This document shows, one piece after another, positions 20,204-30,271 of a stretch of 64,000 nt of DNA. Each line of letters begins with the position of its first letter. The stretch's first letter is position 1. The DNA comes from Actinomycetota bacterium. Its GTDB lineage: Bacteria; Actinomycetota; Actinomycetes; S36-B12; UBA5976. Made by a program: the position numbers and the translations under genes. The notes beneath the pieces were generated by a model, which had not been told where the DNA came from, made no database searches, and saw only the letters and a program-made list of their open reading frames with translations. The stretch is from assembly GCA_046048135.1 (NCBI GenBank), contig JBJOGR010000044.1, positions 3,300-67,299 of the forward strand, in the 5' to 3' direction.

Positions 20204-21334
20204 TTAATCCTCCAGGCCTTCAAGTTCTAATTTTCCAGTCTCACCGCTGTAGCGAGAGTTAGTTAATCCTGTGGAGATTTCATCAGGCGCCTGTAATTGT
20301 TTATTAGAGGGCACACCCTTTTGGGCAAGTCTCTTTGCTTGACTTACAGCTTGTCGATCAAATGAGGAAACAAAACTGTTATAACCATCAACTGCTTTAT
20401 TCAATCCAGAACGTAAATTTTCTATGTGTTCTACTAATTTTGCTAAACGTTTGAGCATTTCTGCTCCCATATTTCTAATTTCTTCAGCATTACTATTTAA
20501 ATCTTTTTCATTCCAACCAAATGCAATTGTTCTTAAAAGTCCCAGCATCGTAGTTGGAGTTGCAGGAATTACATTTTTTCCAAAAGCTTTTTCTAGAAGT
20601 AAACCATCAAAATCTAGAGCTGCAGTTAAAAGGGATTCAAATGGTAAAAACAAAATCACAAAGTTAGGAGATTTACTACTAGTTGATTGATATTGCTTAT
20701 TTGATAACTCATTAATTCTTTTCAATAAATCTTTAGAATGCTTATCAAGGAGAGAATTTCTTTGCGCTAGATCTTCAAAACCCATTGCATCAAAAAATGC
20801 ATCCCACGGAAATTTTGCATCAATAACAACTTCGCCACCACCTGCTAAAAGGATGGAAATATCTGGTCGAGCAATTCCATCTTCAGCAACTCTTGAATCT
20901 TGTCTTAAAAAATGTGTACCTTCTATTAAACCTGCATGTTTTAGTAATTGTTCTAATTGCATTTCGCCATATTGGCCTCTGGTTTGGCCTTTGCCCATTG
21001 CAGCAGCAATTTGTCTGGTGGCAGTTTCTAATGACTCATTTCTTTCTCTAATTAATTCCATTTCGGTTTTTAAAATTGATTCTGCTTGAATTCTTCGTCT
21101 ATCTGCATCTTCAGACTTTGTTTTTAATTCATCAAGTGCTTTTTGTACAGGTTTAAGCATTTGATCTAAAGAAGTGGCTGCAAGATTAGCTTGTTCTAAA
21201 GTGGTGTTTCTTTCTTCTAAGGATTGAACTTTTCCTTGTAAAAGAACAGATCTTTGTTTACCAATAAACCATGCAAAAGGTGTTGCGATGACAACACCAA
21301 TCACAATTCCTAAAATTAAACTTGTTATTTGCAT
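20204..21334 (-). CDS. rmuC: DNA recombination protein RmuC
   Basis: N-terminal TM helix, long coiled coil, and a C-terminal nuclease-like domain (VIDAKFP, FLPFES). Confidence 0.8.
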   Translation of the reverse strand: MQITSLILGIVIGVVIATPFAWFIGKQRSVLLQGKVQSLEERNTTLEQANLAATSLDQMLKPVQKALDELKTKSEDADRRRIQAESILKTEMELIRERNESLETATRQIAAAMGKGQTRGQYGEMQLEQLLKHAGLIEGTHFLRQDSRVAEDGIARPDISILLAGGGEVVIDAKFPWDAFFDAMGFEDLAQRNSLLDKHSKDLLKRINELSNKQYQSTSSKSPNFVILFLPFESLLTAALDFDGLLLEKAFGKNVIPATPTTMLGLLRTIAFGWNEKDLNSNAEEIRNMGAEMLKRLAKLVEHIENLRSGLNKAVDGYNSFVSSFDRQAVSQAKRLAQKGVPSNKQLQAPDEISTGLTNSRYSGETGKLELEGLED

Positions 21335-21397
21335 ATATATAAGTGTGTATTAATGGGCTGACAATCGCATCTTGGACTCGCCAATAGGATAGAAACT

Positions 21398-22471
21398 ATG
21401 GCTTTATCCGTGGGAATTGTTGGTTTACCAAATGTTGGTAAATCTACATTGTTTAATGCATTAACTAAAAATAATGTTTTAGCGGCTAATTACCCATTTG
21501 CCACAATTGAACCAAATGTTGGGGTTGTGGGAGTTCCTGATGAAAGATTAAAAACTTTAGCTCAAATTTTTTCATCCCAAGAAATACTTCCTGCCACAGT
21601 TTCTTTTGTTGATATTGCAGGCATCGTCAAAGGTGCATCTGAAGGTGCAGGACTGGGCAATAAATTTTTAGCAAACATCAGAGAAACTGATGCAATTTGT
21701 CAGGTTATTAGAGTTTTTGAAGATCCAGACGTTGTTCACGTAGACGGAAAAGTTTCTCCTCTAGATGATATTGAAACAATTAACACTGAATTAATTCTTG
21801 CTGATATTCAAACTATTGATAAAGCATTTCCAAGATTAGAAAAAGAAGCAAAAGGAAATAAAGAAAAAACAGCGCTTTTGGAAGAAGCAAAAAAAGCCAG
21901 AACTGCACTGGATGAAGGAAAAACTGTTTTTGCTGCCAAATTAGATTTGAAAATATTAAAAGAACTATTTTTATTAACTGCTAAACCATTTCTTTATGTG
22001 TTTAATGTTGATGAATCCGGTTTAGGAAATGAATCTTTACAGGCACCTTTAAGAAAACTGGTTGAGCCTGCTGAGGCTATTTTTGTTAACGCAAAATTAG
22101 AAACAGATTTAGCCGAATTAAGTGAAGAAGAAGCAAAAGAATTATTAGCATCTGTTGGTCAAAGTGAATCAGGTTTAGCCAGATTGGCTAGAGTAGCCTT
22201 TGACACCTTAGGTTTGCAGACTTATTTGACTGCTGGTCCAAAAGAAGCAAGAGCTTGGACTATTCATAAAGGTGACACAGCCCCTGAAGCTGCAGGTGTA
22301 ATTCACACAGATTTTCAAAAAGGATTTATTAAAGCTGAAATTGTTTCATTTAAAGATTTAGTTGAAGCAGGCTCACTTAATGAAGCAAAAGCAAAAGGCA
22401 AAGTTCGAATGGAAGGAAAAGATTACGTCATGCAAGACGGTGACGTAGTTGAATTTCGATTCAACGTTTAA
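21398..22471 (+). CDS. ychF: redox-regulated ATPase YchF
   Basis: G1 motif [19 protein letters not shown], and a C-terminal TGS domain ending [11 protein letters not shown]. Confidence 0.95.
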   Translation: MALSVGIVGLPNVGKSTLFNALTKNNVLAANYPFATIEPNVGVVGVPDERLKTLAQIFSSQEILPATVSFVDIAGIVKGASEGAGLGNKFLANIRETDAICQVIRVFEDPDVVHVDGKVSPLDDIETINTELILADIQTIDKAFPRLEKEAKGNKEKTALLEEAKKARTALDEGKTVFAAKLDLKILKELFLLTAKPFLYVFNVDESGLGNESLQAPLRKLVEPAEAIFVNAKLETDLAELSEEEAKELLASVGQSESGLARLARVAFDTLGLQTYLTAGPKEARAWTIHKGDTAPEAAGVIHTDFQKGFIKAEIVSFKDLVEAGSLNEAKAKGKVRMEGKDYVMQDGDVVEFRFNV

Positions 22472-22480
22472 AAGGGATAA

Positions 22481-24349
22481 ATGACAATAAAAACTAGAGA
22501 AGATATTAGAAATTTAGCAATCATCGCACACGTTGATCATGGAAAAACAACTTTGGTTGATGCCATGTTATGGCAATCAGGTGCCTTTAGAGAAAACCAA
22601 GATGTGAACGAAAGAGTCATGGACTCAACAGATTTAGAAAGAGAAAAAGGCATCACCATTTTGGCAAAAAACACTGCCATTAAATATGTGGAAAAAGATT
22701 TAGCACCAAATGGAGTAATCATCAACATTGTTGATACTCCAGGTCACGCTGATTTTGGTGGAGAAGTTGAACGAGGCCTTGAAATGGTTGACGGAGTTGT
22801 TTTACTAGTTGATGCAAGTGAAGGTCCACTTCCACAAACTAGATTTGTGTTACGAAAAGCTTTACAAAAAAGATTGCCCGTAATTTTAGTTATCAATAAA
22901 ACTGACAGATCAGATTCTCGAATTGAAGCTGTAGTAAATGAAACATATGACTTATTTATTGATCTAGCAGATGATTCAATGACACACGTTTTAGATTTTC
23001 CAATAGTTTATGCATCAGCCCGTGCAGGAAGAGCAAGTTTAAATAGACCTCAAGATGGAAGTGTGCCAGATTCAGAAAATCTAAAACCGCTATTTGAAAC
23101 TATTTTAAAAACAGTTCCTGCCCCAACATTTGAAGAAAATGCTCCCTTGCAAGCACATGTGACAAACCTTGATGCATCTGCCTATTTAGGAAGACTTGCG
23201 TTATGTCGAGTTAGAAATGGAATTATCAAAAAAGGTCAAACTGTTTCTTGGATTAAAACAAATGGAGATATCCAAAAAGTAAAAATTAGTGAATTACTTA
23301 TTACTCAAGCTCTAGAAAGAGTTCCAGTTGAAGAAGCAGGACCTGGAGATTTAATTGCAGTTGCAGGAATTGAAGAAATTACAATTGGGGAAACTTTAGC
23401 TGATGCAGAAAATCCAATTGCGCTTCCCGTAATTAAAGTTGATGAACCAAGTATTTCTATGTTTATTGGAACAAATACTTCTCCATTAGCTGGAAAATCT
23501 GGTACAAAAATGACCGCCAGATTATTAAAAAATAGATTAGATCAAGAACTTATTGGAAATGTTTCTTTAAGAGTTTTTGATACCGACAGACCTGATACTT
23601 GGGAAGTTCAAGGAAGAGGTGAACTGCAGTTAGCAATTTTAGTTGAAATTATGCGTAGAGAAGGTTTTGAATTAACTGTTGGTAAACCTCAAGTTGTGAC
23701 AAAAACTATTGATGGAAAAATTCATGAACCAGTTGAAAGATTAACTATTGATGTCCCTGAAGATTTTGTTGGTGTGGTAACACAATTACTTGGTTTAAGA
23801 AAAGGTCGCATGGAACAAATGACAAACCATGGAAGTGGTTGGGTCAGAATGGAATATTTAGTTCCTGCAAGAGGTCTTATTGGTTTTAGAACAGAGTTTT
23901 TAACTGAAACTCGTGGAACAGGTTTGATGCATCACGTATTTGATAGATATGAACCATGGCATGGAGAAGTAAGAACTAGACCGACAGGTTCTTTAATTGC
24001 AGACAGAGCAGGTAGTGCAACTTCTTATGCAGCTTTTTCAATTCAAGAAAGAGGATCACTGTTTATAGGTCCTGGAGTTGAAGTTTATGAAGGCATGATT
24101 ATTGGTGAAAATTCTCGAGCAGATGACATGGATGTAAATATCACTAAAGAAAAGAAGTTAACAAACATGAGAGCATCAGGTTCAGATGACACAGTTCATC
24201 TTGTGCCACCAAAGGCAATGTCACTTGAGCAATCCCTGGAATTTTTACGAGAAGACGAATGTGTGGAGGTCACCCCTGAGACTGTGCGCATCCGCAAAGT
24301 GATTTTGAACCAGGGTGAGAGAAATCGCGCTAAATCACGTAATAAGTAG
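22481..24349 (+). CDS. typA: translational GTPase TypA/BipA
   Basis: [17 protein letters not shown] and NKTD GTPase motifs, with full-length BipA architecture. Confidence 0.95.
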   Translation: MTIKTREDIRNLAIIAHVDHGKTTLVDAMLWQSGAFRENQDVNERVMDSTDLEREKGITILAKNTAIKYVEKDLAPNGVIINIVDTPGHADFGGEVERGLEMVDGVVLLVDASEGPLPQTRFVLRKALQKRLPVILVINKTDRSDSRIEAVVNETYDLFIDLADDSMTHVLDFPIVYASARAGRASLNRPQDGSVPDSENLKPLFETILKTVPAPTFEENAPLQAHVTNLDASAYLGRLALCRVRNGIIKKGQTVSWIKTNGDIQKVKISELLITQALERVPVEEAGPGDLIAVAGIEEITIGETLADAENPIALPVIKVDEPSISMFIGTNTSPLAGKSGTKMTARLLKNRLDQELIGNVSLRVFDTDRPDTWEVQGRGELQLAILVEIMRREGFELTVGKPQVVTKTIDGKIHEPVERLTIDVPEDFVGVVTQLLGLRKGRMEQMTNHGSGWVRMEYLVPARGLIGFRTEFLTETRGTGLMHHVFDRYEPWHGEVRTRPTGSLIADRAGSATSYAAFSIQERGSLFIGPGVEVYEGMIIGENSRADDMDVNITKEKKLTNMRASGSDDTVHLVPPKAMSLEQSLEFLREDECVEVTPETVRIRKVILNQGERNRAKSRNK

Positions 24350-24417
24350 TCATTAATCCTTTTGTCTATTGCCAGGGCAGTACTAGATTAGAGCACATTG
24401 ATTTTTAAAAAAGGGAA

Positions 24418-25392
24418 GTGATTAAAGAGTTGACAATTGAACAGGTAAATCAAATTGAAGGACGATCTCCTGCACAATTGGCGTGGCTTAGATTTAAAAA
24501 AGATAAAGTTGCAATCTTTGCTTTATTTTTTTCAAGTTTCATCATTCTTCTCGCACTTTTTGCACCATTTGTTACAGGACTTCTCAATATAGATCCTTAC
24601 ACCTTAAATAAAGAAACATTAAATGAATTTGGTTTACCAAACTCTGCTTTTGGCGGGATTAGTAGAGCGCATCCATTAGGTGTAGAACCTGGAACGGGTC
24701 GAGATATTTTGGCAAGACTAATTTATGGAGCAAGAATTTCTTTAATAGTGGCATTGCTTTCAACATTTTTTACTACATTAATTGGAGTTACTTTAGGAAT
24801 TTGGGCAGGTTATAAAAGAGGAATAGTTGACTCTGTTATTGGCAGAACTATTGATTTACTTCTTGCGTTTCCAAGTCTTTTATTAATTATCGCTCTTGCT
24901 CCAGTAATTCCTGCACGTTTAGTTGGCCTAGGACTTCCGGAAGGAAATGTTTCGAGAATGGCCTACATTATTTTAGTTTTATCTTTATTTGGTTGGACTT
25001 ATATTGCTCGCGTTATGCGAGGACAAGCTTTAAGTTTAAGAGAAAGAGAATTTGTCGCAGCAGCTCAAGCAAGTGGTGCCAAAACTTCATATATGGTCTT
25101 TAGAGAAATATTGCCAAATCTTTGGGCACCAATAGTTGTTTATGCTTCTTTAACAGTTCCTGGCTACATTGCAATTGAAGCAACATTTTCATTTTTAGGA
25201 TTAGGTGTTGTTGCACCAACTCCTGCATTAGGTGCAATGTTGGCAGATTCTGTGAGGTATTTCAGATCTGATCCAACATATTTATTTATTCCCGGAACTG
25301 CATTATTTTTACTTGTTTTAGCATTTAATCTTTTTGGTGATGGATTAAGAGATGCACTTGATCCAAAAGGAGAAAGAGCGCAAAAAATATAA
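24418..25392 (+). CDS. peptide ABC transporter permease (OppC/DppC-like)
   Basis: N-terminal OppC-type extension and an EAA-loop region (REREFVAAAQASGAKTSYMVFREILPN). GTG start after AAGGGA. Confidence 0.85.
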   Translation: MIKELTIEQVNQIEGRSPAQLAWLRFKKDKVAIFALFFSSFIILLALFAPFVTGLLNIDPYTLNKETLNEFGLPNSAFGGISRAHPLGVEPGTGRDILARLIYGARISLIVALLSTFFTTLIGVTLGIWAGYKRGIVDSVIGRTIDLLLAFPSLLLIIALAPVIPARLVGLGLPEGNVSRMAYIILVLSLFGWTYIARVMRGQALSLREREFVAAAQASGAKTSYMVFREILPNLWAPIVVYASLTVPGYIAIEATFSFLGLGVVAPTPALGAMLADSVRYFRSDPTYLFIPGTALFLLVLAFNLFGDGLRDALDPKGERAQKI

Positions 25393-25397
25393 AGATT

Positions 25398-25478
25398 TCT
25401 GTTTAGTACTTGCAAGGCTAAACAGAGGTTAGAAAATCAAAAAATTTTCTAACAACTGTTATGACAAAGAGTCATAAC
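25398..25478 (+). promoter_or_regulatory. three consecutive perfect stem-loops in the oppC-oppA intergenic region
   Basis: Stem 1: 25398-25406 with 25418-25426 (9 bp). Stem 2: 25428-25437 with 25444-25453 (10 bp). Stem 3: 25458-25465 with 25471-25478 (8 bp). GTAAGGAGAA-ATG of the binding-protein gene follows immediately. Confidence 0.6.
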
Positions 25479-25493
25479 AAGTAAGGAGAACAA

Positions 25494-27233
25494 ATGAAGT
25501 TAAATTCACGCACCAAATTCGGTGTTGTGGTTGCAGCTAGCGCATTGCTGTTATCAGCATGCGGTGGTGGAAGTGGAACTTCAGCTGGTGGAACTGGTGA
25601 AGCAAGTCAAGGTGGAACTATTACCTTCTTGACAATTGCAGAACAGTTCAACCACGTTGATCCACAACGTAACTACACAGGTCAAGATCTTGCATTCTTT
25701 GGAGGGTTTGTAAACCGTACATTAACTTCGTACGCTTACGAACAAGGTCCAGCAGGTGCAGAACTTGTAGCTGATATGGCAACAGATACCGGTACAACTA
25801 CCGATGGTGGAAAGACCTGGTCTTTCACACTTCGTGATGGTCTTACTTGGGAAGATGGCAGCGAAGTAACTTGCCAAGATGTTGCATACGGAACAAGCCG
25901 TGTATTTGCAACCGACATTATCGTTGATGGTCCAACATATGCAATTTCATATTTGGATATTCCAAAAGATGCCGAAGGCAATAGCCAATATCCAGGCCCA
26001 TACAAAGCAACAGCTGAACAACAAGCTTTGTATGACAACGCAGTTTCATGCGATGGCAAAACAATCACATTCAAGTTGAACAAAGTTGTTGCTGACTTCA
26101 ACTACACAGTGACCTTGCTTGCATTTGCACCAGTACCAAAAGCTAAAGACACTGGTGAAAAATATGATGACGCTGTTGTTTCAAATGGACCATACAAAAT
26201 TGAGTCTTATGTAAAAGCTCAAAATATGACATTGGTTCGTAACGAAAACTGGAATCCAGACTCAGATCCATTGCGTAAAGCTTATCCAGACAAGATCGTG
26301 GTTAACTTTGCTCAAGATCAAGCAGTTATTGATTCACGTTTGATCGCATCTGCAGGTGATGATGCATTCGCAGTATCACTTGATGGAATTCAAACTGAAA
26401 ATCTTCAAACAATTTTCGGTGATGACCAATTTGCAGATCGTCGTGTAAACGAACAAGATCCATATGCAATCTATACCGCATTAAATGTTAAGAAATTACC
26501 TTGCTTGCCTGTAAGAAAAGCAATCTTCTTAGCACTTGATCGTGAAGCATTAAGAACTGCTAATGGTGGCGAATATGTAGGTGACTTGGCTGACGGATTT
26601 ATTTCCCCAACCTTGGCAACTGATTATGCGCCAAACACACTTCCTGAAGGTCTACAAGATGCAGGAAATCCAGAAGCAGCGATTGCTGAATTAGAAAAAG
26701 CTAAAACTGAATGTCCAGATGTTTATGCAAAAGCAACTGGCGAAGGTTTAGTTTTTGATCATCCAGATACACCACAATGGGCAAAAAATGCTGCAGTGTG
26801 GATTGAATCTATAAAAGAAGCAGGCATCGTAATCAAATCAAATCCAATTGAGCCAGGTAAGTACTACTCAGTTGTGATGGATACAGCGCTTCAAGGCGAC
26901 ATAAGTCGCGCTGGTTGGGCTGCAGATTGGTTGAATGCTTCAACTGTTTTGCCAGAACTTTTTGGTGAAGGTGGATTTAACCTTTCACAAAACCAAGAAG
27001 ATCCAGCATTTCCTGCATATAAAGCATTGATGGATGAAGCATTAGCTACAACCGATCGTGCTGCACAAGCAGAAATCTGGAAGAAAGCAAATCAATATGT
27101 ACTTGACCAAGTTTGGGCAGTTCCAAGCTGGTTTGGTCGTTCACAAGAATTCCGTGGATCAAAGATTGGCGGAGGTTATTTGTGGTACCCATACGGTTCA
27201 CATAACTTCGCTTCTCTCTACGTAATTCAATAG
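25494..27233 (+). CDS. peptide ABC transporter substrate-binding lipoprotein (family 5)
   Basis: Lipobox LLLSACGGG and a 579-aa family-5 SBP architecture. Strong RBS AAGGAG. Confidence 0.85.
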   Translation: MKLNSRTKFGVVVAASALLLSACGGGSGTSAGGTGEASQGGTITFLTIAEQFNHVDPQRNYTGQDLAFFGGFVNRTLTSYAYEQGPAGAELVADMATDTGTTTDGGKTWSFTLRDGLTWEDGSEVTCQDVAYGTSRVFATDIIVDGPTYAISYLDIPKDAEGNSQYPGPYKATAEQQALYDNAVSCDGKTITFKLNKVVADFNYTVTLLAFAPVPKAKDTGEKYDDAVVSNGPYKIESYVKAQNMTLVRNENWNPDSDPLRKAYPDKIVVNFAQDQAVIDSRLIASAGDDAFAVSLDGIQTENLQTIFGDDQFADRRVNEQDPYAIYTALNVKKLPCLPVRKAIFLALDREALRTANGGEYVGDLADGFISPTLATDYAPNTLPEGLQDAGNPEAAIAELEKAKTECPDVYAKATGEGLVFDHPDTPQWAKNAAVWIESIKEAGIVIKSNPIEPGKYYSVVMDTALQGDISRAGWAADWLNASTVLPELFGEGGFNLSQNQEDPAFPAYKALMDEALATTDRAAQAEIWKKANQYVLDQVWAVPSWFGRSQEFRGSKIGGGYLWYPYGSHNFASLYVIQ

Positions 27234-27241
27234 TAAAAATT

Positions 27242-27278
27242 TTGGGAGCTTACAAGTCATTTGTAAGCTCCCAATTTT
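27242..27278 (+). terminator. intrinsic terminator after the binding-protein gene
   Basis: TTGGGAGCTTACAA (27242-27255), GTCAT loop, TTGTAAGCTCCCAA (27261-27274), then TTTT. Confidence 0.8.
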
Positions 27279-27293
27279 AAAGAAAGGTTAAAC

Positions 27294-28286
27294 ATGGCAC
27301 GTTTTATTGTCAGACGTTTAGCTTTCATGATTGTTTTACTTTTTGTTGTATCAATCACTACTTTCTTTCTATTTAGTGTTCTTCCCGTAGATCCTGCATC
27401 TTTAAGTTGTGGTCAACATTGCACTCCAGAAAAAATTGAAGCAAACCGAATTCGTTTAGGTTATGACCAACCAATCCTTACTCAATATTTCACCTATATG
27501 AAGGGCATATTTTTTGGAAGAACTTATGGTGAAGGTGCGCAAGCTTTTTCTTGTCCTGCACCAAGTCTTGGTTATTCCTTTTATCGCGGACAATGTGTTA
27601 CCTCAATGATTGCAAATGCTTTGCCAGCAACAATTTCATTAACTTTAGGTGCAGCATTTATTTGGCTAATAATGGGAATAAGTTTAGGCGTTATCTCTGC
27701 AGTGAAAAAAGGAAAAGCATTAGATCGTATTAGTACTGGTTTTGCCATTTTTGGATTATCAATGCCAACATTTTTTATAGGTTTACTACTTATTTATATA
27801 TTTATTATTTGGCTTCCAATATTTCCTTTCCCAAGTTATGTATCAATTTTTGATGATCCTGTGTCTTGGTATCAAACCATGTTTTTACCTTGGTTAACTG
27901 TGGCAATAGTTTCTGCAGCCCTTTATACCCGTTTAACTAGAGATGGAATGCTCGAAACGATGAGTGAAGATTATGTTCGTTTAGCTATTTCTAAAGGTTT
28001 ATCTAGAAAAAGAGTTTTATTTAAATATGTTTTAAGAGGAGCAATTACTCCAATTGTGACTATTGCTGGCTTAGATATTGCTGTTTTATTAGGTGGAGCA
28101 ATTATTACTGAATCAGTATTTGGTTTACCTGGAATGGGAAGACTTGCCTTTAATTCAGTTTCAGATTCTGATCTTCCAGTAATTGCAGGAATTACTTTAA
28201 TAACAGCATTCATTGTAGTTGTGGCAAATGCAATTGTAGATATTTTATATGCAGTGCTAGATCCTAGAGTAAGACTTGAAGCATGA
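27294..28286 (+). CDS. peptide ABC transporter permease (OppB/DppB-like)
   Basis: 6 TM helices and an EAA region (EDYVRLAISKGLSRKRVLFKYVLRGAITP). Confidence 0.85.
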   Translation: MARFIVRRLAFMIVLLFVVSITTFFLFSVLPVDPASLSCGQHCTPEKIEANRIRLGYDQPILTQYFTYMKGIFFGRTYGEGAQAFSCPAPSLGYSFYRGQCVTSMIANALPATISLTLGAAFIWLIMGISLGVISAVKKGKALDRISTGFAIFGLSMPTFFIGLLLIYIFIIWLPIFPFPSYVSIFDDPVSWYQTMFLPWLTVAIVSAALYTRLTRDGMLETMSEDYVRLAISKGLSRKRVLFKYVLRGAITPIVTIAGLDIAVLLGGAIITESVFGLPGMGRLAFNSVSDSDLPVIAGITLITAFIVVVANAIVDILYAVLDPRVRLEA

Positions 28287-29299
28287 GTGAAATTTTAAAA
28301 GTAGAGAACTTAAATATTTCTTTTAAAACTGCTGATGGAATTGTACGAGCAGTTGATAATTTAAGTTTTTCGTTATCAACTGGTGAAACTCTTGCTGTTG
28401 TAGGAGAATCTGGTTCTGGAAAAAGTGTTACAGCATCTGCCATTATGGGTTTACTTAATGCTGGAAACGTTGAAATTAGTGGAAATATTGAAGTAAACAA
28501 AACAAATATTTTGACTAGTAAAGATTCTGAAGTTCGAAATATTAGAGGTAAAGATGTGGCGATGATTTTTCAAGATCCACTATCAGCCCTAAATCCTTAT
28601 TACACAGTCGGAGATCAAATCGGGGAAGCATACCTAACTCATCATCCAAAAGCTTCTAAAGAGGAAGTAAACAAAAAAGTATTAGATGTAATGAAAAAAG
28701 TTGGAATTCCTGAAGTTGAAAAAAGAATAAATTCTTACCCACATGAATTTTCAGGAGGCATGAGACAAAGAGTTGTTATTGCCATTGCTTTAATCAATGA
28801 TCCTAAAGTTTTAATAGCTGATGAGCCAACGACTGCACTAGATGTAACAGTTCAAGCACAAATTTTAGATTTAATGAGAGAACTTCAAAAGCAAAGCAAT
28901 ACTGCCATTATTTTAATTACTCATGATTTGGGTGTAGTGGCAGAAATGGTTAATCGAGTTTTAGTTATGTATTCAGGAAGAGCTATAGAAATAGCAAATG
29001 TAGATTCAATATTTGAATCACCAAATCATCCTTATACAAAAGGATTATTAAGTGCTGTACGAAGTTTAGACACTGAAGTACACGCCAAATTAGAAACAAT
29101 TCCTGGAACTCCGCCATCTTTATTAAATATTCCAAAAGGCTGTTCTTTTAATCCTCGTTGCGGATTTAAAAAATGGGTTGGTCCAAAATGTGAAACCGAA
29201 AAACCAGAATTACACCAAATAGAAAATAACTACAGTGCCTGTCATTTAAGTGCTGAAGATATAAAAAGAATGAATAATCAAGAAATGCCGGTTGCTTAA
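28283..29299 (+). CDS. peptide ABC transporter ATP-binding protein (OppD/DppD-like)
   Basis: Walker A GESGSGKS, signature FSGGMRQR, Walker B LIADEPTTALD, and a C-terminal oligopeptide-type Cys motif (CSFNPRC). Confidence 0.9.
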   Translation: MSEILKVENLNISFKTADGIVRAVDNLSFSLSTGETLAVVGESGSGKSVTASAIMGLLNAGNVEISGNIEVNKTNILTSKDSEVRNIRGKDVAMIFQDPLSALNPYYTVGDQIGEAYLTHHPKASKEEVNKKVLDVMKKVGIPEVEKRINSYPHEFSGGMRQRVVIAIALINDPKVLIADEPTTALDVTVQAQILDLMRELQKQSNTAIILITHDLGVVAEMVNRVLVMYSGRAIEIANVDSIFESPNHPYTKGLLSAVRSLDTEVHAKLETIPGTPPSLLNIPKGCSFNPRCGFKKWVGPKCETEKPELHQIENNYSACHLSAEDIKRMNNQEMPVA

Positions 29300-30271
29300 A
29301 TGAGTACAGTTTTAGAAGTTAAAAATTTAGTTAAAAAATTTCCTTCTGGTAAAAAAGGATTTTTTTCAAAACCTGTTGGTTTTGTTCATGCGGTGGATGA
29401 AGTTTCTTTAAAAATTGAAGCCGGTCAAACTTTGGGAGTGGTAGGCGAATCAGGATGTGGCAAATCTACTTTGGGAAGAGTTATGACTCATTTACTTCCT
29501 GCAACTAGTGGACAAGTTTTACTCAATGGTCAAGATGTAACTTTTGCAAAAGGGGAACAGTTAAATCAAATGCGAAGAACTGTGCAAATGATTTTTCAAG
29601 ATCCTTACTCATCCTTAAACCCAAGACATACTGTTGGTCGAATAGTGGAAATGCCTTTGTTAGTGCAAAAAATAAATCCACCTATGGGAAGAAAAAAGAA
29701 AGTTCAAGAATTACTTGAATTAGTTGGATTAAACCCTGAGCACTATAACCGTTATCCTCACGAATTTTCTGGGGGACAAAGACAAAGAATTGGTATAGCT
29801 AGAGCACTTGCTTTAGAGCCAAAAATAATTATTGCTGATGAACCTGTTTCAGCACTTGATGTTTCAATTCAAGCTCAAATTTTAAATTTATTACAAGATC
29901 TGCAAAAACAACTTGGTCTTTCATATTTATTTATTGCTCACGATTTATCTGTTGTTAAACACGTTTCAGATCGCGTTGCTGTTATGTATTTAGGAAAAAT
30001 AGTTGAAGAAGCATCAAGTAAAGATCTTTATTCAAACCCGCAACACCCTTATACAAAAGCCTTGATGAGTGCAGTTCCAGAAGCAAATCCTAAAAATAGA
30101 AAACAAAGAATTCTATTAACAGGAGATGTGCCTTCACCTATAAATCCACCTTCTGGATGTCGATTTAGAACAAGATGTTGGAAAGCACAAGATATTTGTG
30201 CAACAAACGAACCTCAATTAATTCAAATTAGTACAAATCAAAAAGTGGCTTGTCACTTTCCTGGTAATTAA
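29300..30271 (+). CDS. peptide ABC transporter ATP-binding protein (OppF/DppF-like)
   Basis: Walker A GESGCGKST, signature FSGGQRQR, Walker B IIADEPVSALD, C-terminal CRFRTRC. Confidence 0.9.
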   Translation: MSTVLEVKNLVKKFPSGKKGFFSKPVGFVHAVDEVSLKIEAGQTLGVVGESGCGKSTLGRVMTHLLPATSGQVLLNGQDVTFAKGEQLNQMRRTVQMIFQDPYSSLNPRHTVGRIVEMPLLVQKINPPMGRKKKVQELLELVGLNPEHYNRYPHEFSGGQRQRIGIARALALEPKIIIADEPVSALDVSIQAQILNLLQDLQKQLGLSYLFIAHDLSVVKHVSDRVAVMYLGKIVEEASSKDLYSNPQHPYTKALMSAVPEANPKNRKQRILLTGDVPSPINPPSGCRFRTRCWKAQDICATNEPQLIQISTNQKVACHFPGN

